This document shows, one piece after another, positions 27,123 to 33,263 of a DNA stretch of 33,263 nt. A program made the position numbers and the translations under genes. A model generated the notes under the pieces. The model ran no database searches, was not told the origin of the DNA, and worked only from the letters and a program-made list of their open reading frames with translations. This stretch comes from Armatimonadota bacterium (GTDB lineage Bacteria; Vulcanimicrobiota; JACPDS01; JBDRKI01). Position 1 is the stretch's first letter. Each line of letters begins with the position of its first letter. The stretch covers positions 1 through 33,263 of the forward strand of contig JBDRKI010000012.1 in assembly GCA_043814095.1 (NCBI GenBank). Reading direction: 5' to 3'.

Positions 27123-29030
27123 TTATGCTCCGTAAACCTGGCCTTTAAATCCGCTCAGTTTCTGGTTTGCCGTGCCCGTTGAGAAGGCTAAGGGGTTAAT
27201 GCCCGGGTTTAAGTTCATGCCTGACATCCCAGCTGCCATTCCGAGTGAATAGTTGGCGTTACCCATGATACCCTGGTTAAGAGCTGCCATTTGATCACCT
27301 AGGCCTCCACCCATAGCTGTTACCTGTCCGGGTAACGGAGGTACAGGCGGGGGCGCCGGGAAGTTTATGCCTCCGGATGCCATGCCCATCGGCAGCATGT
27401 TGCCCATGCCGTAATTGCCGTAAGCTCCGTCTGTCGGCTTGGCTAATGCCGCAACCGCGACACCGACGGTAGCCAGTGATTTAACCAGCTCGGCAATGCC
27501 TGCCCAGTCTGTTTTTGCTTTTTCCTTCATTTCTTTTTTCTTTTCGGGATTCTTTTCTTCTTCTATTTTCTTTGCGGCTTCTTTCTGTTCTGCGAGTTTT
27601 TCGGGCAGATCTTTCTTATAATCCGAGTGGGCTATTGATAATTCATCAACAAAAGGCTTTAATTTCAGAGCACCGTCTGTTCCGACTTCGTCTTCGGTAA
27701 AGGTTATTGAGAAATCATCTTTCTCAACTTTTGCCCTTATTTCTGTTTTTCTTGTTTCTATTTTAGCGGTAGCTCCATTTTTCTTGGTGATTTCTGCCTT
27801 TACAGTCGTGTTTGTTACGGCGGCTTCCTTGCCGTTTCCGGTTATTGCGGCGAGTTCTTTAGCTTTGGCTTCGTTTGCATTTGCAAGACCGTCAGTTAAT
27901 TCTTTTTCTTTTGCTTCTGCGGCTTTTTGCATTTCCTGGAGTCTCTTGAGCTCGGCTTCGGCGTTTTTGAGTTGTTCTTCGGCTGCTGCAACATCGTCAT
28001 CTCCATCGCGTTTAGCTATAATAAGGCGTTGTTTGGAATTAGCTACATTTGCTTCTGCCTTTGATAAGGGGATAGTAAGCTGTGTTTTTACAGCACCGGA
28101 GAAATTAATCTTGCTCTGAATCTCAACCATATTAGATTCTTTGCCTTTTTCAGGTGTTAATTTCGGGCCGAGTTTTTCAGCATTATTTTCTTTATTCTGT
28201 ATAAATTCAGCTGCTTCTTTGGTATATTTTGCCGCACCGGCTTTGGTTTCGGTATCAATATCCGTCTGTTTGCCGTATTTATCAAGCACTTTCTTTGCTT
28301 CGGCAACCTGGGCTTTCTGTATGCTGCCCCTTGCGCCTTCTTCTGTTAATGTTTCAATATTAGCCGAATGGCAGAGTAAACCGTAATCGTCATTTATCTT
28401 TGTTTTCGCAAAAGTCTCATAGCTAGTGAGCATGCTTTCGCAGGTTTCGTTTCTTTTTGATTCATATGCTTTTTCAGCTGCTTTCGCAACTTTATCTATA
28501 TCTTCTTTTTTAGGCGTTTCGCCTTTTTCAAGAGCCTTTGTTACTTTATCGGCTACATCTTCTGCTTTGCCCTGTGCTTCAGGATCGGTTGACAGGGGGG
28601 GTGATGTAGGCTGTGCGGGAGCGCCTGTCGGAGCTGTTGCGGCAGGAGCAGCAGCAGCTGTTGCAGGATTGTTGCCTGTGCCGGCATATAATCCTTCAAT
28701 GAAAGAATTTTCAACACCCTTACTTTGAGCATCAAGAAATTTAGTCATGAAATTTTTAGCGGAAGGAGATCCCGATGCTTCTACCCAAGCTCCAAGTTCA
28801 TCAAGCGAATTAACGGGTGTTTTAATGTTATAAGCATTTTTCATATAATCTATGAAATGCTGATCAGCGGTTTTAAGGCTAACTTTATCAGTTGTATCAG
28901 TAACCGGTGTCTTTTGCTGTGTTTGTTCAGTAGTTACCTTTTGAGCTTGCTGAGAAACAACTTGAGCAACCTGCGGTACTATATTTCCAGTTTTAGGTGT
29001 AAGATCGCCATTAGGATTTATTATAGTCAT
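27123..29030 (-). CDS. orphan, 635 aa, coiled-coil with hydrophobic helix and Gly/Met/Pro tail, ends QVYGA
   Basis: Long ORF; AGAGGGGG RBS; hydrophobic WAGIAELVKSLATVGVAVAALA segment. Confidence 0.9.
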   Translation of the reverse strand: MTIINPNGDLTPKTGNIVPQVAQVVSQQAQKVTTEQTQQKTPVTDTTDKVSLKTADQHFIDYMKNAYNIKTPVNSLDELGAWVEASGSPSAKNFMTKFLDAQSKGVENSFIEGLYAGTGNNPATAAAAPAATAPTGAPAQPTSPPLSTDPEAQGKAEDVADKVTKALEKGETPKKEDIDKVAKAAEKAYESKRNETCESMLTSYETFAKTKINDDYGLLCHSANIETLTEEGARGSIQKAQVAEAKKVLDKYGKQTDIDTETKAGAAKYTKEAAEFIQNKENNAEKLGPKLTPEKGKESNMVEIQSKINFSGAVKTQLTIPLSKAEANVANSKQRLIIAKRDGDDDVAAAEEQLKNAEAELKRLQEMQKAAEAKEKELTDGLANANEAKAKELAAITGNGKEAAVTNTTVKAEITKKNGATAKIETRKTEIRAKVEKDDFSITFTEDEVGTDGALKLKPFVDELSIAHSDYKKDLPEKLAEQKEAAKKIEEEKNPEKKKEMKEKAKTDWAGIAELVKSLATVGVAVAALAKPTDGAYGNYGMGNMLPMGMASGGINFPAPPPVPPLPGQVTAMGGGLGDQMAALNQGIMGNANYSLGMAAGMSGMNLNPGINPLAFSTGTANQKLSGFKGQVYGA

Positions 29031-29095
29031 ATTGTCCCCCTCTAAACATTAATAAACGCAATGTTTTTGCGAACACGTCATTTCTATTTAACTAA

Positions 29096-29173
29096 ATTAT
29101 AGCATTCTCCCTATATACTGTAAATATATAAATGTTAACAAAACGTTACATTTTTGTTAACAAATTGTTAACA
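29096..29173 (-). promoter_or_regulatory. promoter with four TGTTAACA-type repeats at 11-bp period (copy 2)
   Basis: Repeats start at 29133, 29144 (degenerate), 29155, 29166; TTTACA-N17-TATAAT with extended -10 TGCTATAAT at 29104-29096. Confidence 0.85.
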
Positions 29174-29439
29174 TTTTAACCCTTATAGGGAGGGTGTTTT
29201 AGCCCTTTTAGAGGCAAAATGCTCCTAAATTGCTTGTTAAATTAAGGATATATATTATATATAGGTTACAAAAATCCTGCAAAATAAGGAAAATTTTATT
29301 AAGAGGTATTCGGGGGGTACTTCCCATATATAATGTATATATATAGGAAAAAGCTAACTGTTTCAATAAGGGGGATTGCCCCTATATATATAATATGAAC
29401 ATTCTTTTCCCGTTCCGGTATTTGTGAAATTTTAACAGC

Positions 29440-29468
29440 TTGCAGGAATAAGGCGGCGGGTGTATAAT
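29440..29468 (+). promoter_or_regulatory. putative promoter for the deoxynucleoside kinase
   Basis: TTGCAG-N17-TATAAT. Confidence 0.55.
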
Positions 29469-29568
29469 TAATTTTACAAATCACAATTACGAACGGAATG
29501 TTCTTGATATATAAAAGTGGGCTTATCACTTTTAAAAAACTAATCTGAATTAAGGGGGCTTTTTTATT

Positions 29569-30282
29569 ATGTTTATAGTAGTGAGCGGACCGATAGGTGT
29601 GGGTAAATCAACAGTAACAAGAATCTTTTCACAGATTACAGGCTTTGATGCCTTGTTTGAGAATTTCCAGGGCAACCCTTATTTAGAAAAGTTTTACGCG
29701 AACCCTGCGGAGTTCGCTTTTAAGACCCAGGCTTTCTTTTTATGGGATAGATTCAATAAGCATTACCAGACGGTTATGAGCAAACGCAATGTCGTTGCCG
29801 ACCGCTCAATATATGAAGACGCGATCTTCGCTAAAGTTTTAAACCTGCGCGGGGAGATGACAGATGACGAATATTTCAGAACATACCTTCCGCACTTTAA
29901 AATTTTAACAAATATCTTGCCTCCTCCCGATCTTATGATTTATTTAAGAGCGTCGCTGGATACCCTTTTATACCGCATAAGAAAAAGATCAAGGGACATG
30001 GAGAAAGACATTCCCGTTGATTACATGAGAACGCTTTCTGAAAATTACGAGCAGTGGATTGATGAATACCCGCATAAGAAACTTATAGTTGAAACCGATG
30101 ATATAGATTTAACTTGTGATCTCCATCACGAATGGTACCTTTTCTTTAAGGCAATATACCATAAAGTCATAAGTGAAGAACTTCCCAACCAGGCGCTGGG
30201 GATAAGTAAATTAAGAGAAGAGCTTCCCGAGATATTCTCGGCAGAAGCAGGTAAAAAGGTAAAAGCGGGAATATTTAAATAA
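29569..30282 (+). CDS. deoxynucleoside kinase (dNK; Dck/Dgk family)
   Basis: GPIGVGKST, NPYLEKFY, DRSIYED, PDLMIYL, RIRKRSRDME. Confidence 0.93.
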   Translation: MFIVVSGPIGVGKSTVTRIFSQITGFDALFENFQGNPYLEKFYANPAEFAFKTQAFFLWDRFNKHYQTVMSKRNVVADRSIYEDAIFAKVLNLRGEMTDDEYFRTYLPHFKILTNILPPPDLMIYLRASLDTLLYRIRKRSRDMEKDIPVDYMRTLSENYEQWIDEYPHKKLIVETDDIDLTCDLHHEWYLFFKAIYHKVISEELPNQALGISKLREELPEIFSAEAGKKVKAGIFK

Positions 30283-30318
30283 AGATTGATGCCGTAAAGC
30301 ATCTGTGGTTTATGTTTT

Positions 30319-31188
30319 TTATTTATGAGCTATGCCAAGCGGCATAATAAGAAATTCTTCTATTTTTCTTGCCGCCTCAGACAGTTTCTCCGGAGCATGT
30401 TTTATATCGCCTTTTTTCAAGAAAGCCTTCCAGAGTGTTTGCCGGTCTGATTTTTCATCATAAATTTCTTCGGCAAACAAGGGTCTGTTTAACGGTAGTG
30501 GTGTTTTGCGATTCTTGAAAGTTTTTTTTAGTGCTTCGGTAAGATGTCTTTTGTTAAGTTTAAATCGGTGCATTATAAGCCAGATATCATAGAAGTCTTT
30601 CATTCGGCTGTTAAGAAGTCCGAGCTTAATCATGGATTCAAATTTTTCACTTACTATGCTTTCTATCGGATACCCCTTTAAGTGCGGTTTTGGGAAATCC
30701 AGAATAACGGGATAATTAATAGCTTTCGGTCCGGGGTGGATAATATCTCCAAATCCTATGTCAATCTGCATCGGGATGCGTAATCGCTCCAGGAATCCTG
30801 TAAATTTAATACGAACTCCTTCATAGTCTGCGTCTTGCTTTGTTTTTTGTCCTTTTACGGTTTCCGGAGAGAATACAAGACCGTCTGGATTTACTTTGGT
30901 TCTACAGATATTTTTTATGACTTTTTCAATAGATGCAATTCGGTTGTCATAATAAGCCGCAAGGTCTATATCAAGCGTTGTTCTGCGTTCAGGAACCCGC
31001 CAAACCGTAAGCATCAGTGCGCCTTTCAAAATAAATTTATCTGCGTATTTTGAAAGACTAAGCCTGTAGAGAAATCTTTCCATGCCGTAATATTGCAGAA
31101 TTTCCGAGAACGGCCGGTTGGTTTTTCTTGCTTCATTATAAAGGCGGGCTCGTATAGATGCCGGTAAATTCTTAATATCCTTTTTCAA
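30319..31188 (-). CDS. abiEii: AbiEii/AbiGii nucleotidyltransferase toxin (type IV TA)
   Basis: ERFLYRLS, FILKGA, RTTLDIDL, SEKFESM, NSRMKDFYD; 4-bp overlap with the antitoxin. Confidence 0.9.
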   Translation of the reverse strand: MKKDIKNLPASIRARLYNEARKTNRPFSEILQYYGMERFLYRLSLSKYADKFILKGALMLTVWRVPERRTTLDIDLAAYYDNRIASIEKVIKNICRTKVNPDGLVFSPETVKGQKTKQDADYEGVRIKFTGFLERLRIPMQIDIGFGDIIHPGPKAINYPVILDFPKPHLKGYPIESIVSEKFESMIKLGLLNSRMKDFYDIWLIMHRFKLNKRHLTEALKKTFKNRKTPLPLNRPLFAEEIYDEKSDRQTLWKAFLKKGDIKHAPEKLSEAARKIEEFLIMPLGIAHK

Positions 31189-31787
31189 AGAATAGCCTCC
31201 AGCAAAGGTTTTATTATATTATCAACCCGGCAAATCTTGGCGTATTCCATAATTTTTTTGGGGCTTATATTTTTTTCGGCAACGGCTATTTTAAGAGCCT
31301 CCCGTGCAGTGTTTATGCCGATTTTATTGCGGAATTTAAAACAATCAGCTACTGTTTTTGCGAGGCCGTATACTCTGATTTTATATCCTTCGATTTTATG
31401 TTCTTCTATTCCGGCTTTCCATGATTTGACATCGAAATGATAAAATTTTACCGGCGGATATTTGATTTTGTATGCATGCGCACCCTTTGGAATGGCTATA
31501 TCTACATGTTTGGGTATTTCAACTGTTGCCTCATGAAAAGAAAGTGCAGACAGGAGGCAAACAATTCCTCTGGGTGCCTGAAGCTGTGTGATAACAAGAT
31601 CGGGATGTTTTTCAATATTATGGCCGGTTAGCCCGTAAAGTCCTTTAGCAATTTTTTCAATTTTATTTTCTTTTACAAGAAGATTAAGTGAATCAGGATG
31701 AAATCCAGCATTAATAATGGCCGAGAATCTGGTTATTTCGCCCTTGCTTTTGAAGAAATCTATAAGTTTCTGAGATTTTTTTCGCAC
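31185..31787 (-). CDS. abiEi: AbiEi antitoxin/transcriptional regulator (type IV TA)
   Basis: IEKIAKGLY, CLLSALSFH, KTVADCFKFRNKIG; GGAGGG RBS and GTG start. Confidence 0.9.
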   Translation of the reverse strand: MRKKSQKLIDFFKSKGEITRFSAIINAGFHPDSLNLLVKENKIEKIAKGLYGLTGHNIEKHPDLVITQLQAPRGIVCLLSALSFHEATVEIPKHVDIAIPKGAHAYKIKYPPVKFYHFDVKSWKAGIEEHKIEGYKIRVYGLAKTVADCFKFRNKIGINTAREALKIAVAEKNISPKKIMEYAKICRVDNIIKPLLEAIL

Positions 31788-31803
31788 GGTCCCTCCGTAT
31801 ATT

Positions 31804-31851
31804 TCATCAATACTTATAAATAAGTATATATGATTTGTACGAAAAAGTCAA
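31804..31851 (-). promoter_or_regulatory. abiE promoter with overlapping inverted repeat
   Basis: TTGACT-N17-TATACT on minus strand; TCAT-nn-ATACTTAT-aa-ATAAGTAT-nn-ATGA at 31804-31833. Confidence 0.7.
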
Positions 31852-31866
31852 TTTTTAGACAGTATG

Positions 31867-33263
31867 TGTCATTTAAGAATTAAAAGTGCACACTTTTAAT
31901 GGGATTTAAAGTTTAAAAGTGCACACCTAAAAAGCTATAATTTAAAGTAAAAAACAAGGGGGATTTAAATTATGGCTCAGTTACACAAAAAATTCACAGA
32001 CGACCAGGTTAAAGAACTAATTAAGCGGTATTTGAACAAGGAAATTGAAAGAACATACATTCAGGAAATTTTGGGGATTAAGAAAAGACGTTTTTTTGTC
32101 CTTATTAAAAAATACAAAGAGAATCCCTGCGAATTTTCAGTTCAATATACCAGGAAAGTCAAAAGCCGAGAAATATCAAAAGATATTGAAAAAAATATAT
32201 TAAAGGAATTGAAAACAGACAAAAAGCTAATAGAAGATAAAAACGTACCTTTAAGTCGTTACAATTACAGTTATGTTAAACACATTCTTGAAGAAAAACA
32301 TAAACAGAAAGTATCTCTGCCGACTATTATTGATAGAGCTAAAAAGCTCGGCTTCTATTTAAAAAAGAAAAAGAAGAAAGGGCATGATAGAGAAGTATTA
32401 ACTAATTATGCAGGGGAATTGATCCAGCATGATTCTTCTTACCATCTATGGGCGCCATACGCTAAAGAAAAATGGTATCTTATTACTTCTTTAGACGATT
32501 TCAGCCGGTATCTTCTTTATGCCGTACTCTTAAAAAAAGAAAGTACATGGGCCCATATAAACGCCGTACAATCAGTGTTTCTCAGGCACGGGCTGCCTTA
32601 CAGCTATTATGTGGACTGCCACTCAATATTCAGATTTGTTCAGGGAAGAGATTCTTTCCGACGTAATCATTACAAACTGACCGACGATATAAATCCCCAA
32701 TGGAAGCAGGTTATGGATGACTGCGGAGTTAAGATAACCTATGCCTTGTCTCCGCAGGCTAAAGGCAAAATTGAGAGGCCTTACGGCTGGATTCAGGACA
32801 GACTTGTAAGAACCTGTGTAAGAGAAGATATCTCAGACATAAAACAAGCACAAAGAATACTTAACAGAGAGGTTCATAGGTATAATTACCAGCAGGTTCA
32901 TTCTACAACTCTAGAAGTGCCTCATTTTAGATTCCAAAGAGCATTGAAAGAGAAAAAGTCTTTATTCAGAAAATTCACAGTAAAACCGCCTTATCAGTCT
33001 GTTAAAGACATCTTTTGTCTTAAAGCTGATAGAACTATAGATCCTTACAGAAAAATCTCAATCAATAACCTACAGCTCAAGGTTAATGGAGCAATCCCGA
33101 AAGAAACAGTAAATCTCCGTATCTATCCCATAAATAACCAGATATCAGAGATAAGATTTTGGCGCAGAGGCAAACTTATAGATGTCCAGAGAGTTAAAAA
33201 TAGTGAATTACAGCTTGTGCACTTTTAATTCTTAAAGTGTGCACTTTTAAAATTTAACTAACA
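31867..33263 (+). mobile_element. insertion sequence, IS1202-like (ISNCY), 1397 bp
   Basis: TGT...ACA termini; 27-bp terminal IRs 22/27 identical; TTAAAAGTGCACA occurs twice at each end. Confidence 0.88.
31972..33228 (+). CDS. DDE transposase, IS1202/ISNCY type
   Basis: GELIQHDSSYHLW, LDDFSR, HGLPYSYYVDCHSIF, SPQAKGKIER..IQDRL. Confidence 0.9.
   Translation: MAQLHKKFTDDQVKELIKRYLNKEIERTYIQEILGIKKRRFFVLIKKYKENPCEFSVQYTRKVKSREISKDIEKNILKELKTDKKLIEDKNVPLSRYNYSYVKHILEEKHKQKVSLPTIIDRAKKLGFYLKKKKKKGHDREVLTNYAGELIQHDSSYHLWAPYAKEKWYLITSLDDFSRYLLYAVLLKKESTWAHINAVQSVFLRHGLPYSYYVDCHSIFRFVQGRDSFRRNHYKLTDDINPQWKQVMDDCGVKITYALSPQAKGKIERPYGWIQDRLVRTCVREDISDIKQAQRILNREVHRYNYQQVHSTTLEVPHFRFQRALKEKKSLFRKFTVKPPYQSVKDIFCLKADRTIDPYRKISINNLQLKVNGAIPKETVNLRIYPINNQISEIRFWRRGKLIDVQRVKNSELQLVHF

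Noticed and set aside
24345-29030. Orphans as SMC, tape-measure or prophage genes
   Set aside because: No Walker motifs, no integrase or phage structural genes nearby; coiled-coil similarity alone is uninformative
29319-29350. dif-like site (ACTTCCCATATATAATGTATAT...)
   Set aside because: Lacks a TTATGT-type XerD arm and lies near oriC rather than the terminus
29491-29503. Second LexA box GAACGGAATGTTC
   Set aside because: Spacer is 5 bp rather than 4
29299-29529. 76-aa minus-strand ORF
   Set aside because: No clear RBS; reads through TA repeats and the dNK promoter

Overview
AT-rich bacterial chromosome window containing the replication origin region. Gene content and signals (LCP, PrsA, jag, a GAAC-N4-GTTC LexA box, B. 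subtilis-like origin unwinding motif) suggest a Terrabacteria-type lineage (inference). Left of oriC on the minus strand: dnaA-dnaN-tRNA-Ser(GCT)-tRNA-Ser(GGA)-tRNA-Arg(ACG)-tadA (partial). Right of oriC on the plus strand: rpmH-rnpA-yidD-yidC-jag, a stand-alone JAB/MPN gene, mnmE-mnmG-rsmG, two parS sites, parA-parB, dnaX-ybaB-recR-rsmA, LCP, prsA, mazG, DUF47-pit, eno. An accessory region follows: an AAA/DUF4143 ATPase, three orphan genes, a deoxynucleoside kinase, an AbiE type IV toxin-antitoxin pair and an IS1202-like element ending at the last base. Three signals are not explained by this annotation. (1) The three orphans share a duplicated promoter (four TGTTAACA-type repeats at 11-bp period plus an extended -10), Gly/Met-rich and amphipathic segments, and two of them end in QxYGA. 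(2) Dense TAGAA/TTCTA arrays fill the spacers from mnmE to dnaX around parABS. (3) A perfect LexA box, a candidate anti-SD small RNA and a 64-aa orphan sit between dnaA and rpmH.
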